In this document: piece by piece, positions 30,055-39,943 of the stretch
Numbering within the stretch: position 1 is the first letter of the stretch
How the letters are laid out: each line of letters opens with the position of its first letter
Origin: Candidatus Cloacimonadota bacterium
GTDB taxonomy: Bacteria; Cloacimonadota; Cloacimonadia; JGIOTU-2
DNA: 64,000 nt
Direction of reading: 5' to 3'
NCBI GenBank assembly: GCA_049903315.1
Contig: JBNGBT010000011.1
Coordinates: 1 to 64,000 of the forward strand
Notes under the pieces: generated by a model
What the model saw: the letters and a program-made list of their open reading frames with translations, nothing else
Database searches by the model: none
What the model was told of the DNA's origin: nothing
Program-made: the position numbers and the translations under genes

Positions 30055-31776
30055 TTATTTTTTTATTAACTGTTTATATGCTTGTTGCAGTTCTTCTTGC
30101 GAAAAATTCTGATGCTTTGTATAGTAGTTCTCAAGCTCTGCAATTGTAAATCGTGAAAGAATTTTTTTCACTCGAATAATGCCGCTGATGTTTGCACTAA
30201 ATGAGCGCAAACCCAATCCAAGGAGTAGAGGAACTGCCACAGGATCGCTTGCCATTTCTCCGCATAATTTTACGTCAATATTATGCCTTTGCCCGGCACT
30301 GATTGTTGCTTTAATCAACTGTATTACTGCGGGATCGAAATAGGTAAATTCGTCAGCAAGAGCTTCATTATTTCTGTCTGCTGCCAGCACATATTGAGTG
30401 AGATCATTTGTGCCGATACTGAAAAAATCTACATGCTCTGCAAACTTATCTGCAAGAATTGCAGAAGACGGAATTTCAACCATGATGCCGACTTCAATTT
30501 TTTCATTAAATGCAATCTTCTTCTTTTTTAGAAGTGCTTTTTCCTTTGAAATAAGCTCCTGCGATTCTGTTACTTCCTTTATTGAGGATATCATTGGCAA
30601 CATGATCTTGATATTCCCGTATGCTGAAGCCATAAGAATACCGCGTATCTGCTGACGAAATATCTCTTTGTATTTAAGAAGAAAACGGATTCCTCTACAG
30701 CCGAGATTAGGATTTAATTCCTTATGAAGCCCAAACTCCCTTTGCAATTTATCTCCACCCACGTCAAAAGTGCGCACATACACAGGTTTTCCTTTTGGCA
30801 GATATTGAAATACCTGTTTATACACTTTAAACTGATTCTCTGCCGAAGGAAAGGAATTGTCCAAAAAATAAAGAAATTCTGTTCTGAAAAGTCCCACTCC
30901 ATCAATATAACGCACCTCTGGCATTTCACATTCTTCGGGAAATTCAATATTTCCCAGAAGCTCTATCTTGATATTATCTTTTGTAAAAGTGGGAGTTTTT
31001 AGCAAGGCAATTTTTTTCTTAAACTCCTCTTCTGCCTTCTTTTGAAATATCTCGTATTCGATCATTTGATTCTTATCGGGTTCAAGAATGACTCTGCCCT
31101 CTTTGCCGTATACAATAACAAAATCATCTTCTTTAAAAACTTTAAGTGCATTTTCAATATTAAAAACAACAGGAATGCCAATCGATTTTGCGATGATGGC
31201 AGAATGAGAATGCGGAGAGCCCTTCTCCACAATCACAGCCAGAGGATGCGAATCCTTAATACTCAATACGAGTGAAGGAATAATCTCCGGTAAAACAACA
31301 ACTTTATTCTCTTTTACAAGATCATTAATACCTACATTCTGATGATGCATATTTCGGATAATACGCATTTTTATATCTTCAAAATCTTCTTTTCTCTGGC
31401 TCAGCACCACATCATTCATGTCCGACAGATGATCGATCATTTTATTAAAATATTCCTGAACAGCCCTATCTGCGGGTTTGAGTTCATCTTTGATAATAGC
31501 GGCTACATCCTCAATAAGTATAGTATCTTTAAGGATTTCTTGGTGCGACTGAAGAATTTCTCTTTCATCCTTGGCTCGTGTCTCAAGATAATTGAGTAAA
31601 AGGTCAATCTCATGTATTGAGAGTGCTACTGCATTTTTAAAACTCTTAATTTGATTCTCTATTTCAGATTGCTTGATATGTCCTTTTGAAACAGTAAATA
31701 TATCACCTTCTACAAGAGTAATATTGCCGGCGATAATGCCCGGAGCAATAGAAATGCCAGTATATTCTTTCATCAT
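30055..31776 (-). CDS. ptsI: PTS enzyme I
   Basis: SHSAIIAKS (phospho-His), GVGLFRTEF, RTFDVGGDK, NPNLGCRGIR, SIGTNDLTQY and LCGEMA. Confidence 0.95.
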   Translation of the reverse strand: MMKEYTGISIAPGIIAGNITLVEGDIFTVSKGHIKQSEIENQIKSFKNAVALSIHEIDLLLNYLETRAKDEREILQSHQEILKDTILIEDVAAIIKDELKPADRAVQEYFNKMIDHLSDMNDVVLSQRKEDFEDIKMRIIRNMHHQNVGINDLVKENKVVVLPEIIPSLVLSIKDSHPLAVIVEKGSPHSHSAIIAKSIGIPVVFNIENALKVFKEDDFVIVYGKEGRVILEPDKNQMIEYEIFQKKAEEEFKKKIALLKTPTFTKDNIKIELLGNIEFPEECEMPEVRYIDGVGLFRTEFLYFLDNSFPSAENQFKVYKQVFQYLPKGKPVYVRTFDVGGDKLQREFGLHKELNPNLGCRGIRFLLKYKEIFRQQIRGILMASAYGNIKIMLPMISSIKEVTESQELISKEKALLKKKKIAFNEKIEVGIMVEIPSSAILADKFAEHVDFFSIGTNDLTQYVLAADRNNEALADEFTYFDPAVIQLIKATISAGQRHNIDVKLCGEMASDPVAVPLLLGLGLRSFSANISGIIRVKKILSRFTIAELENYYTKHQNFSQEELQQAYKQLIKK

Positions 31777-32039
31777 TCTTCTCCAAATTTATCCGTAAAA
31801 AGCGCTACGATTTCTTCCATCATTTCCTGCTCATCAACTCCATCAAAGACCATTTCCAGTTCAGTGCCGAGACCAGCTCCCAGCATCATGATACCCATGA
31901 CGCTTTTGCCATTGATCTCCATGTCATCCTTTCGAATCAGAAAATTGGATTTATATTTGGAAGCTGTTTTGGAGATCAGCGAAGCTGGACGTACATGTAT
32001 GCCAAGTTTATTTATGAGCGTTACTTTCGTTGTGATCAT
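31773..32039 (-). CDS. ptsH: Phosphocarrier protein HPr
   Basis: GIHVRPAS (His15) and NGKSVMGIM (Ser46). Confidence 0.95.
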   Translation of the reverse strand: MITTKVTLINKLGIHVRPASLISKTASKYKSNFLIRKDDMEINGKSVMGIMMLGAGLGTELEMVFDGVDEQEMMEEIVALFTDKFGEE

Positions 32040-33008
32040 TTATTCCTTATCAGTTTCAAGATAGGTCCTGATTTTGTTTTTGCGCTCGATCTCTTTTTGA
32101 ACTCTATCATTAAATACCTCAGCAGCATTATGCCCATACACCTTCAGCATGTGGTTCATAGCGATAACTTCAACGATAGCTGCAATGCTCTTGCCGGGTG
32201 AAACAGGCAGGTATATGATTGGAATTTCTATATCAAGAATTCTATTGAAACGCTCCTTTAAGCCAATTCTCTCATAGTCCATATTATGGCGCCATGGAAT
32301 AAGCTCGACCTGGGTTTCAATACGTTTTTGCATTCTTATTGAACGGATTCCGAACATAGTTTCTATATCAAGCAGTCCTATACCCCGTATCTCCATGAAA
32401 TGTCCAAGCTGCTGATTCGCCTCTCCCATAATAATATCCATGCGTTTTTTTATACGCACAACATCATCAGAAATAAGACGGTGACCTCGTGATACCAATT
32501 CCAAAGCACACTCGCTTTTCCCGATACCACTCTGACCTGTAACGAGAATACCAACCCCAAACACATCAACAAGTGTTCCATGAATAGATTTGGAGGGTGC
32601 AAACCAATCCTGGAGAAAGTTTGACAATCCATGATAAAGCGCAACCGTTGCCAAGCGTGACTGTATTACTGGAATGTTATGTTCATCAGCGAGGAATACA
32701 AGCTCTTTTGTTGGAAATAGTCCTTTGGCGATTACAAAGCATGGAATATCAAATTGGGAGAATAGTATTTTTATCTTATCATATCTCATGGATGGTTCGA
32801 GCGATTTCAAATATTGAACTTCGGTTTCACCAAGCACCTGAATCCTGTCATAAGCATAGGTGTCTGTGAATCCTGCAAAAGCAAGTCCCGGGCGTGAAAG
32901 TTCAGGAGTGGTAATTTCCTTGGATAATCCCTTTTTCTTTGAAAGAAGGGTAAAAGCAAGATCCTTCTGTTTTAGATTGAACAGCATTTCGACAGTTAAT
33001 GCTTTCAT
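32040..33008 (-). CDS. hprK: HPr kinase/phosphorylase
   Basis: RPGLAFAG, HGTLVDVFGVG, GQSGIGKSE, HRLISDD and MEIRGIG. Confidence 0.97.
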   Translation of the reverse strand: MKALTVEMLFNLKQKDLAFTLLSKKKGLSKEITTPELSRPGLAFAGFTDTYAYDRIQVLGETEVQYLKSLEPSMRYDKIKILFSQFDIPCFVIAKGLFPTKELVFLADEHNIPVIQSRLATVALYHGLSNFLQDWFAPSKSIHGTLVDVFGVGILVTGQSGIGKSECALELVSRGHRLISDDVVRIKKRMDIIMGEANQQLGHFMEIRGIGLLDIETMFGIRSIRMQKRIETQVELIPWRHNMDYERIGLKERFNRILDIEIPIIYLPVSPGKSIAAIVEVIAMNHMLKVYGHNAAEVFNDRVQKEIERKNKIRTYLETDKE

Positions 33009-33019
33009 TATAACCTCAT

Positions 33020-33529
33020 TTATTGAATTTCAATGACCTCGTAGCCATCATCCATTTTTTTTATCATTGCATATTTATCAGTTTCTATGTTTCTAAAAAG
33101 AAAGAAACCATTATCCCTTTTATTGAACTCGTCAATCGCCCTATCGAGGTCAAGTTCTACAGGTTTTATTGTTTTTTTCACAATATTCAAAACTGAAATT
33201 TCAGCTTTTTCAAGTTCCTTGAGTGCAACTTTATCGTTTGAGTGATGCCGCTTCATCTTTCCAACCTGTTTCTTTATCTGCCGCTCGATCTTTCTGATGA
33301 CACTATCGATGGCAGTATACATATCCTGTTCGCGAGCCTTAGCAACTAAGTTAATTTTTTTAACACTTAGATTTAATTCAGCAATATTCCTATTCTTCTC
33401 AACGCGTAATATCATCTCTGCGACGATAATATGATCGAAATATTTTTTAAGACCTCTCATTGCGCTATCCGCATAATCCTTAATTGGATCAGTTAACTCG
33501 AAATGACGGGCGGTAATTGTGATTTGCAT
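33020..33529 (-). CDS. hpf: Ribosome hibernation promoting factor (long HPF)
   Basis: ITARHFELT, DMYTAIDSVIRKIERQIKK and a C-terminal FFLFRN extension. Confidence 0.9.
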   Translation of the reverse strand: MQITITARHFELTDPIKDYADSAMRGLKKYFDHIIVAEMILRVEKNRNIAELNLSVKKINLVAKAREQDMYTAIDSVIRKIERQIKKQVGKMKRHHSNDKVALKELEKAEISVLNIVKKTIKPVELDLDRAIDEFNKRDNGFFLFRNIETDKYAMIKKMDDGYEVIEIQ

Positions 33530-33545
33530 AGTTACATACCTCGCT

Positions 33546-34421
33546 TTATTTTTTTTGTAGAATGGTTGCTAAATCTGTGGAATAATAGGAACTTCTCACA
33601 AGCGGTCCAGATTCGATGTAGAGAAATCCCATTTTCATTCCTTTTTCTTGATACACTTCAAAAATTTTCGGATGAATATACTCGTGTACAGGATAATGCT
33701 TGGTTGTTGCCTGGAGATATTGTCCGATAGTCATCATATCTACTCCGGCACTTCTGGCATCTCTCATCACCTGCTGTACTTCATCCTGTGATTCTCCCAA
33801 ACCGACCATAATGCCGGTTTTTGTAATGACCTTTGAATCCTGCATTTTCACTCTTTTTAGAACAGAAAGTGAGCGTTCATAATCTGCTTGAGGTCTGATG
33901 GCTGAGTATAATCGTTTGATGGTTTCCAAATTGTGATTGAAAATCGTTGGTTTTTCGTTTACAATACAATCAATTGCTCTATCATTACCTTTGAAATCCG
34001 GAGTGAGCACTTCTATAAATACCTCCTCACCAAGTAATGCTCGAATCTCCTTTATGGTTTTTAGAAAATGTTCTGCACCTCCGTCATTAAGATCATCACG
34101 GGTGACAGAGGTTATAATGACATGTTTTAGTCCGAGTTTTTGAGACATTTCAGCTACTCTTCTTGGCTCATCCGTATCGAGCGGCAAGGGTTGAGCAGTT
34201 GTGGGAATTGCACAAAATCTGCAGTTGCGGGTGCATTTATCTCCCATAATAAGGAAAACTGCTGATCCCTTTTCAAAACACTCTCCTCTATTCGGACAGC
34301 GAGCGCTTTCGCACACCGTATGAAGTTCGTACTTTGCGAGTATTTTTGTGAGATTCGCAGTATTTGATGCACCAAGCATCTCTGCTCTCAACCAAGAAGG
34401 TTTTCTTAAAGATTTATTCAT
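33546..34421 (-). CDS. lipA: Lipoyl synthase
   Basis: TVCESARCPNRGEC, CTRNCRFC, TSVTRDDL, TIGQYL and PLVRSSY. Confidence 0.96.
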   Translation of the reverse strand: MNKSLRKPSWLRAEMLGASNTANLTKILAKYELHTVCESARCPNRGECFEKGSAVFLIMGDKCTRNCRFCAIPTTAQPLPLDTDEPRRVAEMSQKLGLKHVIITSVTRDDLNDGGAEHFLKTIKEIRALLGEEVFIEVLTPDFKGNDRAIDCIVNEKPTIFNHNLETIKRLYSAIRPQADYERSLSVLKRVKMQDSKVITKTGIMVGLGESQDEVQQVMRDARSAGVDMMTIGQYLQATTKHYPVHEYIHPKIFEVYQEKGMKMGFLYIESGPLVRSSYYSTDLATILQKK

Positions 34422-34467
34422 GTAATTTATTATTATAAATATTTATTGGAAATTGTAAAAGGCAAAC

Positions 34468-35214
34468 TTAATTAAAATCATATTTCAAAAACCTTTCACC
34501 TAAATATATTTTCCGGGCTTGAGGATCATTGACCAATTCCCGGGATGTGCCCGAAAGAAGGACTCTGCCTTCATAGATAATATATGCTCTATCAGTAATT
34601 TGTAAAGTGTCCACAACATTATGATCAGTAATCAGAATTCCTATGTTCTTTTTCTGCAATTTTCTGATAATATCCTGTATATCAGAAACTGCGAGCGGAT
34701 CAACACCAGAGAAGGGTTCATCAAGAAAGAGAAATTTCGGTTTGGTTATTAGGGAACGAGTTATCTCCAGTTTACGCCGTTCCCCACCTGATAATGAATA
34801 TGCTTTCTGGTTTGATAATTTTGTAAGATCGAGCTCATCGAGTGCTTCTTTCAGAATGGTTTGTCTTTCTTTCTTCGTATAGTTCTGCGTTTCCAGAATT
34901 GCCATCACATTCTGCTTCACGGTCAGTTTGCTGAACACAGAAGGTTCCTGTGAAAGATAGCTGACTCCCATCCGTGCTCGTTTGTACATCGGCATTTTGG
35001 TGATATCAACATCATCAATAAAAACATGCCCATCATTTGCTTTGATGAGTCCAATCATCATATGAAAGGTTGTTGTTTTCCCTGCGCCGTTCGGTCCAAG
35101 AAGTCCAACGATCTCCCCCTGTCTAACTTCGATTGAAACTTGCTTAACAACCTTCTTCTTTCCATAGATCTTCACCAGATCCTGGGTGCGAATGATACTT
35201 TCCTTTTGTTCCAT
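34468..35214 (-). CDS. lptB: LPS export ABC ATPase
   Basis: GPNGAGKTT, LSGGERRKLEI, LDEPFSGVDP, ITDHNV and YLGERF. Confidence 0.95.
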   Translation of the reverse strand: MEQKESIIRTQDLVKIYGKKKVVKQVSIEVRQGEIVGLLGPNGAGKTTTFHMMIGLIKANDGHVFIDDVDITKMPMYKRARMGVSYLSQEPSVFSKLTVKQNVMAILETQNYTKKERQTILKEALDELDLTKLSNQKAYSLSGGERRKLEITRSLITKPKFLFLDEPFSGVDPLAVSDIQDIIRKLQKKNIGILITDHNVVDTLQITDRAYIIYEGRVLLSGTSRELVNDPQARKIYLGERFLKYDFN

Positions 35215-35215
35215 A

Positions 35216-36313
35216 TTATTTCTCTAAAATCTGTTTTGAGCTTGAAAATGTATATGTCCCTTTTATGTCATCTTCAGCTATTATCGTTTGGATATTTTCT
35301 TCTTCATCGAAAAATACTTCGAGTCGCAAAGTTGCTAATTTATTCTCAAGAATGTCCTCACCATCCCTTTGTTCAAAGAAGCTTCGCGATACATTTTGAG
35401 CCTGCATATATGCCAGCTTGTCATTATTGATCTCCATTCTCACTTTACCTGCATAGAGATAATTCTCTTTGCCGATACTGTCTTCTTCTTTGAAATGAAT
35501 AACTGCATCTTTCACGAGGAGAAGCTGGCTGATTTTCTCATCTGTGAAAAATACCTGGAATTCTTCGGCGGTAGCTGTCGAAAGGGAGCTTTTAAATTGC
35601 GGATTGCCAAGCATGACGGCTTTTTCTTCATCATTGAAATAGATAAGGAAATTGGATGTTGCCTGTGTGTCTTCTGTTTCTACTTTCACGTCATAAGTCG
35701 CAGTGAACTTCTTCTCTTTTGCAAATAGTTCCATCTGCTTACTGTATATTTTCAGTTCATTATCTCGCTGAAAGGTGAGTACTGGATTTTCCCGTGCTTG
35801 TCCGTAATCGGTATCCATATCGTATCGGAATTTCCCGCAAGTGCACACGACCTGTTCAATAAAATCTGTAGCAACAATATTATTCAGGGCGTGTACTTTT
35901 TTATTTTCTTTTTGATACTCAATGAAATCTGCAGTGACTTTTTTCAGGAGTGTATCCTGAGAATTTTCGATAAAATATGCGTCTTCATCGAGCTTGAGAA
36001 TGGCATCTTTATGAAAATAGGTTGCTTTTTGAGCTCCAGCTTCCAGCGTATCATCAATTGCATGAACATTTCCAAACAACTTAACTTTTCTATCTTTCTG
36101 AAAGATCTGTGCATTATCTGCAAAAAATTCTATTTCGTTGTAGATCAAATCTACATCACCTTTTAAAGTGGTTATCGTATCGTTCTCAATGACATCTATC
36201 TTCACAAGATTTGCATTTTTGAGGATATAGTGATTTTTCCCCTTTGCCATCAATGGCAGCGAGAGCAATAAAACAAGAATTGCAACGACACTACCAAAGC
36301 ACTTCAGATTCAT
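35216..36313 (-). CDS. LptA/OstA-like beta-jellyroll protein
   Basis: Signal peptide, repeated OstA-like beta strands, and position between lptC and lptB. Confidence 0.72.
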   Translation of the reverse strand: MNLKCFGSVVAILVLLLSLPLMAKGKNHYILKNANLVKIDVIENDTITTLKGDVDLIYNEIEFFADNAQIFQKDRKVKLFGNVHAIDDTLEAGAQKATYFHKDAILKLDEDAYFIENSQDTLLKKVTADFIEYQKENKKVHALNNIVATDFIEQVVCTCGKFRYDMDTDYGQARENPVLTFQRDNELKIYSKQMELFAKEKKFTATYDVKVETEDTQATSNFLIYFNDEEKAVMLGNPQFKSSLSTATAEEFQVFFTDEKISQLLLVKDAVIHFKEEDSIGKENYLYAGKVRMEINNDKLAYMQAQNVSRSFFEQRDGEDILENKLATLRLEVFFDEEENIQTIIAEDDIKGTYTFSSSKQILEK

Positions 36314-36830
36314 CCACCTCTCCTTCTGCTGTTGCCCTGTGCAGCGTCACATGTTCAAAACGGGAATCACTATTAAAGCTGGTTCCTTGTATTACATTGC
36401 CTTGATGCATCACTTTGACTGAATCCTCAGAAAATATCTCATCTTTCTTTCTGTCCCAGGTTATTGTTTCTCCAAAAATATCTCCTTCCTGAGAATAAAT
36501 TTCAATATTGCCTTGAGCATACACAGTTTGCATTTCATCATTCACTATGGCACTGTCAGCAAAGATCGTCGATGCAAGAGTTCCATCTTTATTCATGAGT
36601 TTGAGTTCGATATCGCTGAAGTACATAAGATTATCTTTGGGAAATTTCTTCAATCTGTCGGCATATAATTCCCAAAGGGTTATATCTTTTGATGAACTAT
36701 ATACGGTAATTGAATCTGTGATCTCGACAGTCTGCTTCCCCATATCCTTGAATGTGACAGGACCTTTACTGTCCGAACAAGCGGACAGAAATAACATAAC
36801 AAGTACTATTATCAGATAAATTTTATTCAT
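36291..36830 (-). CDS. lptC: LPS export periplasmic protein LptC
   Basis: Lipobox LSAC, IFADSAIV...AQGNI...ETITWD, and position downstream of kdsC. Confidence 0.8.
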   Translation of the reverse strand: MNKIYLIIVLVMLFLSACSDSKGPVTFKDMGKQTVEITDSITVYSSSKDITLWELYADRLKKFPKDNLMYFSDIELKLMNKDGTLASTIFADSAIVNDEMQTVYAQGNIEIYSQEGDIFGETITWDRKKDEIFSEDSVKVMHQGNVIQGTSFNSDSRFEHVTLHRATAEGEVDESEVLW

Positions 36831-37341
36831 GTTTTTGCAAATATGCTAAAAAAGATTTTACTGCTTTATCGAAGATATTTTCCTTCTTTAATATCCATTC
36901 AATGGCTTCACGAACTGCTCCGGCACCGCCATGATTTTCTGTCACGTATGCACACACATCTTTGATTTCTTGTGATGCTGCAGGAACAGTGACCGCACAT
37001 CCGACTTTCTCGAGCACGGGCATATCATTCCAATCATCACCCATAAAGATAACTTCTTTGAAGGTGACATCGAATTGCTTCAGGATATTTTCAACGGTTG
37101 AGAGTTTATCACGAATTCCAAGATACACATGTGGAATATTCAGACCTTTCATGCGGTGTTTAACTATCTCGGTATCTTTCCCGCTCACGACTATCGGCAC
37201 TATTGATGTCTGTTGCAAAAGCCGGATTCCAAGACCATCGCGTACGTTGAATTTTCGCGCTGCTTCCCCTGAACCAAGATAATACATTCCTCCATCTGTA
37301 AATACTCCGTCGACGTCAAAAATAAATAATTTATATCTCAT
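36823..37341 (-). CDS. kdsC: KDO 8-phosphate phosphatase (HAD)
   Basis: FDVDGVFTDG, FNVRDGLG, MGDDWND and GGAGAVRE. Confidence 0.92.
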   Translation of the reverse strand: MRYKLFIFDVDGVFTDGGMYYLGSGEAARKFNVRDGLGIRLLQQTSIVPIVVSGKDTEIVKHRMKGLNIPHVYLGIRDKLSTVENILKQFDVTFKEVIFMGDDWNDMPVLEKVGCAVTVPAASQEIKDVCAYVTENHGGAGAVREAIEWILKKENIFDKAVKSFLAYLQKHE

Positions 37342-37420
37342 GTAGCTCCAATGTAAATTTATGAAATAATGAAAAAAAAAGCAACTTTTTTATTTTCGGA
37401 TAGTAATTTTCAAATATGGC

Positions 37421-38203
37421 TTAAGATAAATCTAACAATTTTCGTATTTTTTCTAATACCCTTTCTAATTCTTTTAATGGAAGCATCGAGCGTGCATCGC
37501 TCTTTGCTCTAGATGGTTCGGGATGTGTTTCGATGAACAATCCAGACAAATGCCCGGTTGCAACTGCTGCAGAAGTCATGGTCATGACAAATTCCGGACT
37601 GCCCCCTGAAGTCTCATCTATTGAAGGTCGCTGAAGACTGTGCGTCACATCATATATGACCGGAATACCCCACGAATCGAGCAGCTTGAAATTGCGGAAA
37701 TCAACGACCAGGTCGTTATAGCCGAAAAATGTCCCCCGCTCTGTGATAAATACTTCTGATGCCCCTGCGTTCACAGCTTTGTCATAGGCATGTTTTGCAC
37801 CTTTTGCAGACATGAATTGGGCTTTTTTAATATTGATGCTCTTACCGGTTTGTGCAGCTTCTTCTATGAGTTCTGTCTGGCGCGAGAGGAATGCAGGGAT
37901 TTGAAGAATATCTACAACTTCGGCTGTGGGCTGAACATCCTTTGTTTCGTGAATATCAGTCAAGACCGGTACAGCGAATTTCTTTTTGATCTCTGCCAGG
38001 ATTTCAAGCCCCTTATCTAATCCAACACCTCGAAACGAGTTTGACGCAGTACGGTTCGCTTTTTTGTATGAAGCTTTGAAAATATACGGAAAATCATATT
38101 TTTCACATAATGACTTGCAGGTTTCTGCAATAAGGAAGCAATCTTCTCTTGTCTCGATCGCACATGGACCGGCAATTATTGTAAAACTCTTTTTATTTTT
38201 CAT
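37421..38203 (-). CDS. kdsA: KDO 8-phosphate synthase
   Basis: IAGPCAIE, KASYKKANRT, LQIPAFLSRQT, ERGTFFGY, DVTHS and ETHP. Confidence 0.96.
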   Translation of the reverse strand: MKNKKSFTIIAGPCAIETREDCFLIAETCKSLCEKYDFPYIFKASYKKANRTASNSFRGVGLDKGLEILAEIKKKFAVPVLTDIHETKDVQPTAEVVDILQIPAFLSRQTELIEEAAQTGKSINIKKAQFMSAKGAKHAYDKAVNAGASEVFITERGTFFGYNDLVVDFRNFKLLDSWGIPVIYDVTHSLQRPSIDETSGGSPEFVMTMTSAAVATGHLSGLFIETHPEPSRAKSDARSMLPLKELERVLEKIRKLLDLS

Positions 38204-39846
38204 GATTCTGATGTTTTTTGTTTTGCATTATACGCTAGTGCTGCTTTGATAAAATTATGAAAGATCGGGTGAGAATGTTCCAATCGCGATTTAAATTCCG
38301 GATGGAACTGCACCCCGATAAAAAATGGATGATCTGGAATTTCTACTATCTCCACCAGTTTATTATCCGGTGAAATACCCGAGATCATCATACCTTTTTC
38401 CTCGAATTTTTCTCTATATTCATTATTGAATTCATACCTGTGTCTATGTCGTTCGGAGATTTTATCTGTGTCATAAATTGAATAAGCGAGAGAATCTTCC
38501 TTCAACACACAAGGATACGCACCAAGCCGCATTGTGCCCCCCATATCTTCAATGTCCTTTTGCTCCGGCATCAGATCGATAACAGGATGCGTGGTTTCAG
38601 GATCGAATTCTGCACTATGCGCATCTTCAAATCCAAGAGCTGATCGGGCAAATTCTATCACAGCACACTGCATACCAAGGCAGATACCAAAGAATGGAAT
38701 CTTATGTTTACGGGCATAATTCACTATCTCGATCTTGCCTTCTATGCCGCGCACTCCAAAGCCGCCGGGAATTAGTATTCCATCGACATCTTCAAGAATA
38801 TTCTGAAGTTCCTCGTCATCTACAACTTTATCCTTTGGAAAGAGTTTATCGGTGTCAACACTTTTAATAATAACTCTTGTAGAAAAATCTACCCCTGCAT
38901 GCACGAGGCTCTCAACAATGCTTTTATATGCATCCTGATGACGAACATATTTACCACACAATGCGATAGTTATCGTCCTACTGGGCTCGGTAAATTTTGC
39001 AATATATCCTTTGAGTTTATCAAAACTAATATCGGTTGTTGGGATATCAAAATAATCGCATATGATATTGTGCACACCCTGTTCATAATACAAGATTGGA
39101 ATATCATAGATGCATGAAGTATCACGTCCTTCGATCACATTTTCATCAAATACATTTGTAAACAGAGATATTTTTTTGATCATCTCTCTTGTAAGCCGAG
39201 TGCTGGTTCTGCAGATGAGCATATCCGGCTGGATCCCTATCTCCCGAAGTTTTATCACACTGTGCTGCGTGGGTTTTGTTTTGGATTCACCTGCCACAGA
39301 AATGTATGGTACAAGTGTTAAATGAATAAAGAAACAATGCTTTGCACCATAGGTCAGTCGGAACTGCCGGATTGTTTCAATGAATGGCAAACTCTCAATA
39401 TCACCAATAGTGCCGCCAATTTCTGTAATCACAATATCTGCCTTGTTGTCCAAACTGGTAATACGACGTTTTATTTCATTGGTAATATGAGGAATGACCT
39501 GCACGGTTTTCCCTAGATACACACCCCTTCTTTCGTTCTGTATAATCGTATCATAGACCTGTCCTGCAGTATGATTACTCATCCGGTTCAATGAAATATC
39601 AAGAAATCTTTCGTAATGACCAAGATCAAGATCGGTTTCTGCGCCGTCATCAGTGACAAAAACTTCACCGTGCTGGAATGGACTCATCGTGCCGGGATCA
39701 ACATTCAAATAAGGATCTAATTTTTGGATGGTAACTTCGTACCCGAGTTTTTTTAATAGGAAACCAATCGATGCGGAAGCGATCCCCTTTCCCAGTGACG
39801 ACACCACTCCTCCCGTGATGAAGATGTGTTTCGTCTTTATTTTCAT
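38200..39846 (-). CDS. pyrG: CTP synthase
   Basis: GGVVSSLGKG, KTKPTQHSV, GICLGMQ, RHRHRYE and VQFHPEF. Confidence 0.98.
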   Translation of the reverse strand: MKIKTKHIFITGGVVSSLGKGIASASIGFLLKKLGYEVTIQKLDPYLNVDPGTMSPFQHGEVFVTDDGAETDLDLGHYERFLDISLNRMSNHTAGQVYDTIIQNERRGVYLGKTVQVIPHITNEIKRRITSLDNKADIVITEIGGTIGDIESLPFIETIRQFRLTYGAKHCFFIHLTLVPYISVAGESKTKPTQHSVIKLREIGIQPDMLICRTSTRLTREMIKKISLFTNVFDENVIEGRDTSCIYDIPILYYEQGVHNIICDYFDIPTTDISFDKLKGYIAKFTEPSRTITIALCGKYVRHQDAYKSIVESLVHAGVDFSTRVIIKSVDTDKLFPKDKVVDDEELQNILEDVDGILIPGGFGVRGIEGKIEIVNYARKHKIPFFGICLGMQCAVIEFARSALGFEDAHSAEFDPETTHPVIDLMPEQKDIEDMGGTMRLGAYPCVLKEDSLAYSIYDTDKISERHRHRYEFNNEYREKFEEKGMMISGISPDNKLVEIVEIPDHPFFIGVQFHPEFKSRLEHSHPIFHNFIKAALAYNAKQKTSES

Positions 39847-39943
39847 TTGCGTGTAAATACCATTGTGAAAATTTCTTTTGTCAAGAGGATTATAAATTTT
39901 TATTACATTTCTTTAAATTCAAAATTTTCAGAGGATTTTCAGC

